A stretch of 64,000 bases of DNA from positions 1,116,001 to 1,180,000 of the forward strand of contig NW_026781977.1 of the NCBI RefSeq assembly GCF_031769215.1, in the 5' to 3' direction. The notes beneath the pieces were generated by a model. The model was not told where the DNA came from and did no database searches. It saw only the letters and a list, made by a program, of their open reading frames with translations. This document shows positions 45,621 through 58,959 of the stretch, piece after piece. The DNA is from Ylistrum balloti. Its lineage: Eukaryota. The translations under genes were made by a program, and so were the position numbers. Every line of letters begins with the position of its first letter. The first letter of the stretch is position 1.

Positions 45621-48600
45621 ACATATCCTTAACCCAAGCTATCAAATACAAGATCGTCGTTATCAAAAGACATCATAATTATGAACGGAGCCATATCTTA
45701 TTTTGTTGTATTACATACACAGAGCTTTTCCTTGGCATCATGTATTATGAGACTTAACACAATTAGAATATGTGTAGTGTTTTGTTCACCTGGAATGGGG
45801 ATGTGTGGGTGTAGGTGTGGGTGTATTTTTGTTTGTTTGTTTGGTTTTTTAAAAACTATTCAATGAGAAACATAATTAAAAAAAGGGTTTTGCCAAAAAT
45901 GACAAAAAGTCGATCTATAAGAAACGTTAAAAGAAAAACGTTAAACAGGATGTTATACCAGGTATCAAAATATTACCTTCACACACAGTACTCCCCCTTT
46001 GTAGGAAGAATAGCACAAACCGAGAAAATTAATCTCCTGATCGTTTAAAACAGCCAGACTTTGTTAATGAGGCGATGACTGAAATACATTCTTAGATAAA
46101 TTTTGACGCACATCTCTAACGCTAAAGTTTTCATCACATGTCGGAAACTCTGAGATAGATTTTCTTCTATTGTCCATCTCCCTGGCCTCGTCGCCAACAT
46201 CCCCACCTCCAGCCCCTCACCTCCCCCCCTCCTCCTCCTCACCTTCCCTACCTCTCTAATCACAGCTATAAAGGTAATTAGGATACAGGTAGGGTAAGAA
46301 TCGGGCGTTTATACCCTATACACACCAGAATGGTTCTGCGCCGTTTTATTTTTTATGACTATATAGTCAAATATATATGTGTTTATAAACAGGATAATAA
46401 CTTTTTCAACAATTCGTTGTGCGTGTTGATTGAAAGTCCGCAGTTTTACAGATATGTTCAGACGTTAACTACTGGCTTATATTGGATAAGTAAGAGTTTA
46501 AGCAACAGCAAAGATGACAAATGTAAGAGAGAACTGACTAATTAGCTCGACAGCTATCAAATTACTGTGATATAGTGATGATGCGAAAGTTTGTAGTTTC
46601 AATTAACAATTATTTACAAACATTTGCAAGTTCATAAAATATTTTCAAAACAATTTTTAACTGAATAAATCATTACCTGAATACCTTCGACACATTTCCT
46701 TTAGATTTTCAATGATCATTGGGAAAACACGACACCAAAGACAGGATTTTATTGTCCCTGTTGTCAGTAAAGCCAAATCATAACTTAAAGATTATACAAA
46801 ACTTTACACAATTTCTATTGGCAAATGACGCGTCCGTTTCCGTATAAATGTCTAATTGTAATATTTTTGGATTTCAGAATAGGATTTACTGTTTTCACAC
46901 GACAGTTGTTCTACCTCAAGCTAAAGTCAACCTTTTTTATGATTACATATTCAAGATTCACATCAGAATCAACATCATTGTTATAGAGATGAAAAACGGT
47001 ACCAAACAAGAAATCAATACGAATCATATCACACTGCCAGGTACAAACTCTTAAATTCAAGCCAAACAAGAGACATTGAGAATTCACTATTGAAAGGAAG
47101 CGGATATTATTGAAAAAAGATCAATATTGGTGGAATTATAGCTTTAAGACCAATTATGTATATTTTATTTTTTTCCAGAAAAATAAAAATATAAACTTTC
47201 TAAGACGTCAAGGACATGACTGACCTTGAACATAGCATATTTATGAACAAAGTCGATCCGAAGAATGGAAAATTTCATTATAAATTAGGAGAACAGTTAA
47301 AACCATTGTAAAATCTACATCGGTATGGCGATTCACTTATTTGGGCAGTACATGGAAATCTGGCAATATCCCTCTCCACCCTGTCTATCTCTGTTTCATA
47401 TTTCTTTCATATCCTGTCGAACTACCTACAATAAAAGTTACCGTATCATTTATATTTCTTTCCGTATGTTATCAGGTCAAAATTTAACGAGATGCGAAAC
47501 GAAACGGATTGATAAAACTTATTAGAACTTGTTTTCGAAGAATTATTGTATATTGAGTATATATATGTGTTTTTTCGAAATGAAATAAAGTTGATATCAA
47601 TATATTAGTTTGTTTTTGCTATATTTCCACCAATAGGGCTGTGTAACAATAAACATTACGATACTCTCAAATGAAAAAGAGTTTTAATGCAATATATAGA
47701 GAAGAGAGCGTATATGAAAAGTCACTGTAGGATATTCATGCCTGCAGTGTAGAGGAAAGTCCAACGCAAAATAAAACTGAGATAGACGTTCTAGAAGGTA
47801 TGCAAAGACGATATCACAGGTTAGTCGGTGAGCACCACAGATATCTTATGTGGAGGCATTTATAGTGATGAAACGTCACTTCCGGTAAAGGAATCACTTT
47901 ACCTCCAGTTTGTTCGTAATTGATTAAGGGTTTGTAAGCCGAAAGTATATTAATTTTCCTCCAAACAACGTCATTAAAACGCTTAAAACATATTTATTTC
48001 TATATTGAATTTCATTCACAATTTTGAGAACAGATTTAAAGGAAATACATAATTTGAAAGTGTACGTTTTTTGTAGAATTTGGAAACTAGTTTTATCGTG
48101 ACAGTGGGGTTTAGGATAACAATGCTTTACATTTGTAAGTGTGAGTGTTCAGTAGATTATTCTATTTCCAAGATAAAAATTTCGGCGAAACGTCGGCGGT
48201 GATAACAACTGAAGAATTGGCAGCAAAAAAAAGTTCCGGCTTCTGGCAAAGTTCCAGACAGGATGGATCCTGATATTAGTGTGTACCATAAATTTCCTTC
48301 GGTCAGGTATTATAAAACAATTTCCACGTCAAAGTCATTTTGTTCAAAGGGACTAGAAACATGGGGCGTGCGATACTGAAGTTCTTTCAGAATAATCTTC
48401 TAATTACGATCATATTAAAGTACATTGGAGATGGTCAAGGAGACTTTGTTCTGTTGATGAATGCTTCGTTAAACACGTTCTGTGGGATTTAGATTTCTCA
48501 AACTGTGAACAAGATATATGGCGTTAAATGTGTTCGTCCAATTAAATCAGCATTAAGTGACTATTTATGTGTAAAAACTGAAGATTGAGTATATAGGGAT

Positions 48601-50639
48601 CTTCAAAGTCTAGTAAGCTTATCATGCTATATCCGGTGTACCGGCTGGAAATAAACAGGGTCAAAGGTCAATTATGACTCACCTGTATCTTTCTTTTATC
48701 TCCTTTTTATAATTATGATCAGAATTTAAAAGTTGACGAAAATAACAGGTAAAAAAGTAATTAATTACTTGTTTTTTGCTGATTTATCTGTTCTATAAGA
48801 TTGCTTTGTGGTAGTCTTCTAAACAAAACCAATATATAATCTAAACAAGCTGAGAGTCTATCAGAAACACCAACCCTTGTCTTAACAATATTTCTCTTCT
48901 CATCCATTCAAACATTGGTCAGTATCTCACGACTCTCTGTCTCATGTTTCTACAGAAGACGAAATATCTATGCGACCTAAAAATGATCGGAACGACAAAT
49001 CAAATTTATATTGCCAAATCTTACAACTGTCGACTCTAGCAATCTGCAGAACAAACATTTATAGACAAGAAACCGAAGTTAAACAGGGTTTGTAAGAAAG
49101 AATTAAAACAGCATGAAAATAAATAAATGTTGAAAAAGTGTTGTACCAGAAGCATGGGATCAATTTTGATCTCTGTAATTCCCCTGTACAAGATACAAAA
49201 CCCTCACCAACACTGATATAGCCTTTTGTTTACTAGTTATAATATGTTATTTATGTAACTAATAGGCTAGAACTGTAAGTATAAAGAGGAATGCTATGTA
49301 GTTAGGTTTATGGCAGTGATAAATTTTATTGACATATCAGAGATATTGTGGAGTACGATGAGATATATTTTTGGCGTGATGACGTGATGTATATATTTTA
49401 TTGGTTTCCCTCAGCGTTTTGGCAAAGTTGTGTTACCCTGTCGCCATATTAATGGCTGTTGGTAGGAGGTCTAGATGGAATCCATTCTATATCTCGGCTT
49501 TGGCCGTGATTTATCTATCCATTATATTCGTTGAACAATTCATAACGAGTAAGTATTTTATTTATTTATGGTTTTAGGAAGGTTTGTAGTAAATGTATTT
49601 GATCCTATACTGCCTAATTCCCAGACATTACTTTTCATCATCAATTCTAGTCCGCTGCATTGCCCGAACAAATATTTGCGTGTTATTAAAAGTTTTGAGT
49701 TACTGCACTCCAATGGAACTGAAAGCTTATTCTATTTTTAGCGTATTTTGAATTTGATTTAACTTAATTTGGCTTAAGGTCAAAGATAAATGTCTTAAAT
49801 AGGTTTTTAAAAACAAATCACCTCTCCCTATAACCAGCTTACAGCAAACCGCTCAGTAAACACGACTTCCAAGGGAGTTAACCCCAGCAAAGTTTGCTTT
49901 TTGTAATCTATGTACTCCTAAGTGGCCGTATCAGTCATAAGATGACCACAGTTGATTCGCCATTCAAATATCTTTTTTAAGTCATTATACTGAAATATAA
50001 TCTATATATGGTTGATATAAACATATTGTTTTTACCTTGAAACTTGACAAAGAGGATTGGGGACAAGTTAATTCTTAAAACTATTAGCCCTCTCCTCACA
50101 TAGATATCCATATATCGTGGCTATTTTTCATTCTTTTTTTTTACATATTCATATATTTTTCAATATTATAAAACAAATTGAATTAACAAATTATTAATAA
50201 GTGATCTACAGTTGTACCCCTGTACCCTAACATACTCGATAATGAAATGTACCTAGGTTTTCACACGAGCACTGGAAAATCAAGATAACATTGAGATGGA
50301 AACCAGACAGTAAGTGTCCCATCATTATTATTATGACAACCTTAACGGCCTGTCGACACATAAAAGGTCATTAAGGCCATCAACCGTTAAAACACACATC
50401 GATCTACGACAGAGTTTATTTTAATCTAAGGAAACTTTCTAAGTTAAGGAAGATTCATGAAACTGGAGCCTGTAACTAACGGTTTATGTCCAACATGTAC
50501 TTTCAAAATCTTAAAAATGAGATCGAGGTATCCTCACAGAGTTTATGTCTGTTAGGACGAGTTCTGGAAGATTTTAATTTCTAAGATTTATTAGCAGATG
50601 ATTTCCCGCTACCAATAGAGTGGAGATGTATAAAAGTTA

Positions 50640-50784
50640 NNNNNNNNNNNNNNNNNNNNNNNNNNNNNNNNNNNNNNNNNNNNNNNNNNNNNNNNNNNNN
50701 NNNNNNNNNNNNNNNNNNNNNNNNNNNNNNNNNNNNNNNNNNNNNNNNNNNNNNNNNNNNNNNNNNNNNNNNNNNNNNNNNNNN
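50640..50784. other. Assembly gap (N run)
   Basis: 145 N. Confidence 1.
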
Positions 50785-50810
50785 ACATCAGTGATAGTAC
50801 GCTCTACACT

Positions 50811-50860
50811 GATCATATGTCTGATGAAAGTGACCGTGTAGTCGTCGAAACGTCACAATC
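50811..50860 (+). ncRNA. Degenerate hammerhead-like motif (Penelope-type terminus)
   Basis: CTGATGA (50821) .. GAC cgtgta GTC .. GAAACGTC (50847-50854); stems I and II only partly paired. Confidence 0.35.
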
Positions 50861-53800
50861 TAATCTTCTACTGACTGTGTCATCAGGACTTCTATTCTAT
50901 TAACAAGTTGCTATAACACAGTCAGTGAAACGATGGATTTTGTTTCATCAATGAATCCGAGGAATCTGCCGCCATCTGTTGTGGTTGTGTCCGTGGGCAA
51001 GACAATTTATCAAATTGCCCTGGGTTGAAAGAGACGGTCCTCCTGTAGGTTGTTCGTGAGGTAGACACTTGCCTCTACAAGAAGACACTTCAAATATGGT
51101 AATGGCTAGAATGTAAACGAAATCTGACGTCGTACACAATAATATGTAACAACCGAAAATAAATTCTGCTTTCTGCCTACGCCTACAAATATGTCATAAA
51201 TGTACTTGACTTAGTTTTCTTCCTACATGTGAGATATACGTTAACATTTCTGCCATTAGCTACCTAAACTAATAACTCCTTTCCATATATACCAGCATTG
51301 ACTGTATTCCCCAAATACGGCCGAGAGTTGTCTCCCCGCCTTCAGGCATGTCTGCGATCTAGTACCTGTCTGAAGCAATGTTCTTTATCATTTCTTCCCT
51401 TTTGATGTTTGGTAAATCAATTACAGAATTACCTTCGGGTCTGGTCACGTCATCACCATCATACTTCCAATAAATGAAACACGGTCGAGGAGGTGGCCAT
51501 GTATTTTATTCTGGTTAGGTAAAATAGAGGTGAAATATTTTACGAATTCCTAAGAAAAGTACTACTTCTTTTGAAGTGACAAGACCAAATGGGTGATTGA
51601 CATATTTCAGATCTACTTAGGATACTCTTGAGTAGCGGCTAACAATATATTTAATAATGGTACCTGTTGAGGGGCACTTTGAGGGAATTTTTCACTTTTT
51701 TTTCTGTCGATATATTTCAATGGCATGAAGCACGTGTGCAAAGTTTCCATTTTCCATATTGTGACAGTAAGCTATTCTTTTTACCTGCATAGCAGCAAAT
51801 CCTATCTGAACAACAAAATATCATTATAATCTTCAAATAAATTTGATAACTCTTTCGCATCCCTCTGTGTGCCCCGAGGTGCGGAGCTTCCGTTTGACCC
51901 AGATGTACAAACTAAACTGAAACTGGCGATGGATGTGTGGAGCCGGAGACTGGTGATATTCCAGTGTAATCTGTGATTCTGGCTTATCTCGCGACTCCGG
52001 GAGTTTATACATTTGAGGCCCAAGACAGGAAAGCCTATTAATGTTTATCTTAAAGTATCATCAACGAGGCATTCCTAAGTCCGAAACGATCTGGAAGCAG
52101 GGTAACAGAACCGGAGCTAGTGAAACAAACTCACCCAGACAGACATCATTTGCCACCTGGAGTTAAAATACCGAAACCTATAGGAACATATACACCCTTG
52201 TCGATTTTAAAGAGTCTTAATGTAAATTGTAGTGACGTGTTAAGGTCTGATAAATGTTTCGTTTATAACAATGTTCAATATACTTAGAAAATAGCAATGG
52301 GATATCAAAAAGGATTAAAATAGATGTTTAGACATGACAGCTTATAGCGCTGATAAGTGAAATATGTTGTGGTGGTATTTTGAAAATTTGAAATGAATAA
52401 ACCAAGAAAAGTTTTCTTAACGCTGGTAAATTCATCAGATAAAAAAAATGAAAAACGACATATTTCTCGTAAAACTTGTTTGTAGAATTTATTCGTCAAA
52501 TCCTAAACATCATCCTCTATGTTAGATATAATTTCCAAGTTAATGAAAACGTAGCCGTCTCTGAGAGCTCAACAAAACACCCACAGACTTTTGGAATGAT
52601 AATATTCGTTGACTAACATGCATAGCATTTCAATAGTGTCCCGATTTTTCCACGTGTAATGAATTTTGCTAAGACGCAAGAGAAAAGCACCAGCAGAGAA
52701 TCAATGTCAGAAACTATCCGTAAACTAGTGTGTTAATGGAAGGATAGGTCAAACTCAATTAATGTGTTATACCATGCTGTTTTATCGTTTAGCGATTCAA
52801 GGCAACACGAAGGACAAGTTCTCCCACAAAATATTAACAGGGTTGTAGCCCTCCGGTCAATAATGTCGGTACCGAATGTTCAAGGAGGCCAATAAAACAG
52901 TTCGGATCTTGTCTTGTCTACCACTTTTGGAAATGTTTTTGGATTCTTAGACGAAATTCTACATAAAATGAACACTTTGACGAAATATTAATTTTATTTT
53001 CAACTAAATTATAACATTTATCCATTTTAAGTAAATATAGTACAGTTCATGCATCAAGACGATAAAAAAAACAACAACATTTTCATGTTACCTGAAACTT
53101 CAGCAACATCAACTGAGAAGAAGGATGAGGGGTTCCATATGTGGTTCCTTACTAATTATACATCAACTGCTCTTCAACTCGCCATGTGTGAACATTTCTC
53201 GGCACTGACACTCGGTGCTATTTACCTAGACCTCTAGGAGAAGTTTTTTTATTTGATTAAGACCTTAACAGCCCATTAACATGATGAGATTATACCGAAC
53301 TAAATGGTATACGTTAATTGTAAGCAAAATAAACAAGCACATCGGATTAAATAGTTTCACAATTCATTTGGCTTCTTTCACAATGAAGCTACACATCCTG
53401 GACGTGTAAGTAAGGTATAGAATAAAACAGACATTGTCATAGTATCAATGTTATTATTGAAATTTTGTGTTGATTTTGACTGAAATTGATGAGAGACAAT
53501 TTCTAACATTTTCTAGACTCTGGAAAGTTTGTGTTACAACAGCTTTACTCGTGTTGATTCCAATGAAAATATTCTATTTCTTTGTGCGGTATGAAGCTTG
53601 ACGTGTTTGATGTTTGATAGCATGCCCGTAAATCCGTTGTTGTTTACATTGTTCTCATTTTAAGAACGTGACATTACTTATCTGGATTGACGAAGATGTG
53701 CATGGAAGGTTATCAATGAAGCAGAAGACGTTTACTCTTCCGGAAAACATGGTCTTGTTCTCCTGGTCCTTTTATACGAGTTCATGTTCAATACAACACG

Positions 53801-55734
53801 TCGTTGAGGCGATACCCGGCAACGGGAGGAGTCGCGGGACAGAAAACATGTCAACCTCCTCACCAAATATAACACAGTATGATCCTCTATAATCTACTCT
53901 TATAGATAGTTTTCTCAAAATGGAAATGAAATATTGTTATTTTTCACAACATTGCCACCATTAATTGCGGAGAATATTTCTATAAATAAAAAATTTCATC
54001 TGAGTTTCCCAAGTCATTTTTTTTCATAATATTCTACGGAACGTGTCAAGTTTGCGTATGGGCCAAGTCCCTTTCCCATACCGATGATTCAATTTTATTT
54101 TGTTATTAAATTACGTTGAATTTATTACTACGGTATGCAGAATGGTGAGTCACATATATTTTACACTATACGTATATCTTATCTAGTATCTTACAGGAAG
54201 ATGTCGTTCTTTATTTCTGTACATATGTACATATATATAAATTACACGACGCGTTCATGAAAACTAGCCCCCTTCTACCTTAGTTCAAGGCAAACAGACT
54301 CTAAAGGGCGGAGGGCGTTCAGGAACAACAAAAAGTCTATTTCATTTTGGCAACTCTCAAAAGCGGGGGATGATGTACTTACTGACTACTGTCTGCTCCT
54401 GATGGAATGTTTCTTACTTAAAAGTCGCACTCTAAGAGAATAAGTGCAAAGAAGTCAGACATGTTCAAACAGAAAGCTTATCAATGCACTTAATTAATAA
54501 TATATCGACCTGTACATTGTACTTTCTTTCGGGGAATCTCCGGGAAAAAAAACCCGCATTCGTAAATTTCAGCTGTTTCAAATGTTTTTACTAAGTCTTT
54601 CTGACCGAAAAGCTGTGTTAATCGGTTCACGTAGGCGGAAAAGCCAGCGAAAAGTAAACCGCAAAACGGAGACCGGAGAGGTGCGATTCCGGTTTTCACT
54701 TGATGGGTTTGTTTAAGTGTTCCTGTGTAATTAAAAGCTTTCATGATTCAACTTTTAGTCAGACCTGACAAACAGAACTGGCAGATTGAGTGATGGATAA
54801 ACGAAAAATGAAACCGATATCGTAAAACGTGTATCCAGCCCCTATAATATCCTTATATGTATCACTGCAAGAAAACCAAAACCCCCGTTTCTTGTTAGCA
54901 ATAGTACAACGACAGAGGGAATTTGCCGCTACTTCTCTCTCTTGTTCTGTAGCAGAGAGAAACACACTTTTTCAAAAAATTTAATTGCTGATTTGTTCCA
55001 ATAAAATAGTTCTGGATAATTGGTTTAGCACGTGTACACGTGCAGTTAAGGGTAATTAAATGTGCACATGTTGTAGCGTTCAAGCCATAACATGTTTTTA
55101 AAAGTTAAAAAAAAGAAACGGCACCAATGAGACCTTTTTCCCATATGTTGCGCCAAGACCACGTCAATTTTTGAATGATATATTTTCTACTGCCAATTTG
55201 TGTGTTTGTTTAGGTGTTCCTAATTCTTTAATAATCACTTTGATTTATTCTTAATGCAGGGTTCCGTGCGATGTGTTTAGGTAAAGTTATACAGCGTTTA
55301 CAACACAATCACAAAACATGAACCATTGATAACTATGAAATATGAGCAGAAAAATAAAATAAAAAGAGGTAATTGAAATTAGAGCTAGTGTCTAGTTCAA
55401 TATTCTATCTAGTAAGACAAATCTGTTTTCCAAGGTTCAAGTCCTACAGAAAAACTCTCTGTTCGCTATACTTTCTTTCCGTGCAATTCTTAACACATAA
55501 AGCCGTAACTTTGACACTAGGACATCGTATAACCACTTGATTTTCGTCGTTTTTAAACCATTCTATTTCTGAATATCACAGTGATTGACTAATAACGATC
55601 AGAAACAGGTCCGATGAATTACAGACAAAATCAATTAATCGTTTTAAGATTCAACTTTATCTATTTTACAATAATTGCGAAGTTCTTACAGCTTTTTTTA
55701 ATCATTCTTGTAGGGTAGAATGAAAGCGCACAAG

Positions 55735-55872
55735 GGATCTTACTGTGAGAGGAAATAGATGTACAGGAAAACCCACGTGAATGGTCTGGAGACACCATAT
55801 TTATTCACGTCCGTTCCGGAAATCGAACCGCAAACAGCTCGGTGAAAGACGCTTCCACAGCGCCAACCGGCC
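55735..55872 (-). mobile_element. tRNA-derived SINE, second copy
   Basis: Minus strand: TGGCGCTGTGG A-box-like, GGTTCGATTTCC B box, body ..cacgtgggttttcctg; homologous to 30768-30882. Confidence 0.7.
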
Positions 55873-57409
55873 ATCCCATTCATTCTTTCGTAACATTCGT
55901 GACCTTTAACCTTACAGGTCGATTTCCTTACTGCTCTGTATGTATCTCCTTTTCAAAAGAATTCCAAATTAAGCAAATTTCATAAACAATAGTAACAGAA
56001 TTAAACATAGATTATCTAACCAAGATAACGTAACAAGTAAATCTACTGTTGTTAAAAAAAGCAGAAATAAACTCAAAACCAGTAGTATTCGATTCCAGTT
56101 GGTTTAATGTATTATCACTTTACGCTATTCCGGTTATACTAGCAGAAGCCTATAGAAGCTGGAGGAACGTTCAGGGTAACTATCTAATTTCAAATTAAGG
56201 TATGATGTTTTTTCGAATATTTCTGAGATGAGACAGAGTCTACAGGGATTTCCAGAACATTAAAAGCACGGCACACGAACGCTATATTAGTATACAAATG
56301 CTTGTGTAGTTTAAGATTCCGCGTAGCCCTCACACACTGCTCACTGTGTGACGGGAAACTGGCGGTTGCTGCTTGACGCGTGTCTGTAAAATCTTTCAAA
56401 ACGTCACAAAGTGTTTGCACACCTGTCCGTCTAAATCAGATTGGGTTTGACATGGTAATTAGATAAATGCAGTGTAACAACAAGAGGAAAAAACTGAAAG
56501 GCGTAATAAAACATTTCCGGAATCCTGATGTTCTATTTCCAAAGTACAATATAACTTTTAAAGGAATTCCAATTTCCAAACCAATTTCCAAACATTCTTT
56601 TATATAATTAACGCAGCATGTCATCATACCTACTACATATGTAATCTTCATTCTAAATCACGAAGCAAATACGAAGTCTTCGTTCCAAATACCCCTATGC
56701 AATCCTTGTTTCAAATATCCCAGTACACAATCCTCGTTCCCACGAATTCCTGTTCCGGAATACACAAATTAAATTCTCGTTCCCAAGCGCAATGAATTTT
56801 TTTTTTTTAAACAACGTTCGTCATATTACAAAACATCTTTTTAAAAACATTGCCCGGATGTTGGTAAACAGTACCAGGATTCTGAGACGTTATGATATGA
56901 TTGTCAGTGATGTGCTAGTTCCTTTAAATGGCGGCACAGTAACACGAACCAAGTCTTGCTGATCGAAGCAACGTGATAAAATGGGAAACATTTAGGAACT
57001 CATCATTCCTGTGCTTAATTCTCACTGTCTCCTTTCTAACATCACAGTTTTAAAGCATTACAATCATTTCATATATGCAGAGCTATGACGATGCTAATAG
57101 CACTACGCGCATGCGTTTATTTATGGCACAACAAATGTAAACAAGCCATTATTGTACCATATGGGAGAAACGGACTCCTTAAACCTGAAAATATCCCAAC
57201 AATACTTGTAATGTCGCTTATAATAATTGCAAAAATCACAGTTTATTTTTCAAAGTGAATATATGTCTAGAAAACCAAATATTTTAATCTTCATCCTATA
57301 TATTTCAATGGACGTTCGTTTAAAATGTTTGAGCCAGTGCTTGGTCATGTCATGGAATGAAACATTTTGGTAAACCATTCAATGAAGGGATACAGGCAAT
57401 TAAATGGTT

Positions 57410-57670
57410 CAAAACAATTTGAAAATTAACTTGATCGTTTAAAACTATTGAGAAACAATTAAACGGAATAGTCCCATTAACACATATTTTAATGGAACAG
57501 CCTTATTAATAAACATTTTAATGGGATATCCTCATTAAGACATTTTAATATTTGGAGTAATAGTCTCATTAACACATCTCTAAATGGAATACTCTCATTA
57601 GCAAATATTTTAATGGGAAAGCCTCATTAATAAACAATTTAATGGAATATCCTCATTAAGACATTTTAAT
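57410..57670 (+). repeat. Degenerate AT-rich ~30-bp repeat (cattaa..cattttaatgg..)
   Basis: Recurring cattttaatgg/tcctcattaa motifs. Confidence 0.7.
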
Positions 57671-57689
57671 GGGGTATCATCAACACAGA

Positions 57690-57813
57690 CACCTGTCTTA
57701 TGTCTGGAGAAGAGATGAGAAGACAGCTGGGCACTTTGTTTACATCAAGGGCCAGGTGTTTAAGTCTAAGATTATCCGATGAATTCTTACTCCTGTCTGT
57801 GCCTTAACAGCTG
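57690..57813. promoter_or_regulatory. E-box cluster, candidate muscle enhancer
   Basis: CACCTG 57690, CAGCTG 57724, TGTTTAC 57737, CAGGTG 57753, AACAGCTGTT 57806-57815. Confidence 0.3.
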
Positions 57814-58959
57814 TTGAGTCTGACAAAGCCCTGGGTCAGCGAGTATAGCTAGAGAGTTCCAGCGCCCTGAATATTACCTTCAAATTACGAGAGTTCCACT
57901 TTTCTACTATGTACTATGTAATGATTTCGAGATGTTTTAAAGTACGACTTCTACATTATATCACCTCCAATGGAAAAATTACTTCTCCGCGTGATGAAAA
58001 TTTCGTAAATACAACAAACAATCCTATCACTTTTTTCTCTATTTTTTTTCTTTTCTTTTTTTTTTTTTAGAATAACGAATGTATGTTGAAAGCTTTTTCA
58101 ATACTGATTTTTCCTCCTACCACATCACAAGACTTCGTCTCCTATTATACCTGTAGCCCAGTCCTTTGCCCAACTAGACGATGAGTGTTCCTTGTTTGGA
58201 ATATTTTCTTCACAGATCTCAATTTTCTGACTTTTGCTGTCTGCCTTTATATTACCTGAGCTGGTGTGGGGACGTAAAAATTGGAAACAAATATACAAAC
58301 AATGCCCTCATGGTAGGTTTACAATTGTTTATCATTGTGTAAATATATATAGTCTTAATATTGAAAAGTCTTTCCGTTTAATGTTGTCGACAATGAACCA
58401 TGTCTTCGGGTAAACAAAGATATCTATCAGTTTTAACTATTTAAAAAGAGTTCTGAAAAATTCAACGACAATCGTATCATTGGAGAAAATAAAATAGAAC
58501 AATTTGGAATAGAGAAGATTCTACAGAAATATGGTTATATACACCCAAATTCAAGATTACTGACTACATAAAAAATACTGTTAAAGTGATGAAATATCTA
58601 TTACTGACATTTTTGAAAACGGTTTCCATCACGTGACACTATGTGCACTATTAGTATGAACTTTAACCTTTAGCCATACCGCGTGTGGTCAGTATCCACA
58701 CAAAACAGCGAACGTGCCGTATCTCTATATGTCAATGTTTTCCCCTTCAAGTCTTCACATCAATCTTAAATAATGAGAAGTTATCTTAATAGTCCCTAGC
58801 TATCGTCGTTCCTCAGTGATATGTCTGTCTTTAATGAGAGCGCTACTAACAACAATGCTAAGGTAAGCCCGTCCATACAATTACGTTTTCAAAATAGTGC
58901 CAACATGACATGTCGACTGTACTACAACCGTCAACAACCAACCGTCAGGCCAGCCATCG

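Noticed and set aside
46670-46720. Candidate first coding exon of ELC (..GTCGAAG|gtattc)
   Set aside because: In-frame TAA five codons upstream and no similarity to ELC N-termini; the 21-nt candidate at ~53090-53110 is also unlike ELC.
51480-51530. HGHLLDRV resembling the LINE endonuclease GHxLDLV motif
   Set aside because: Single short motif with no other APE or RT motifs in frame.
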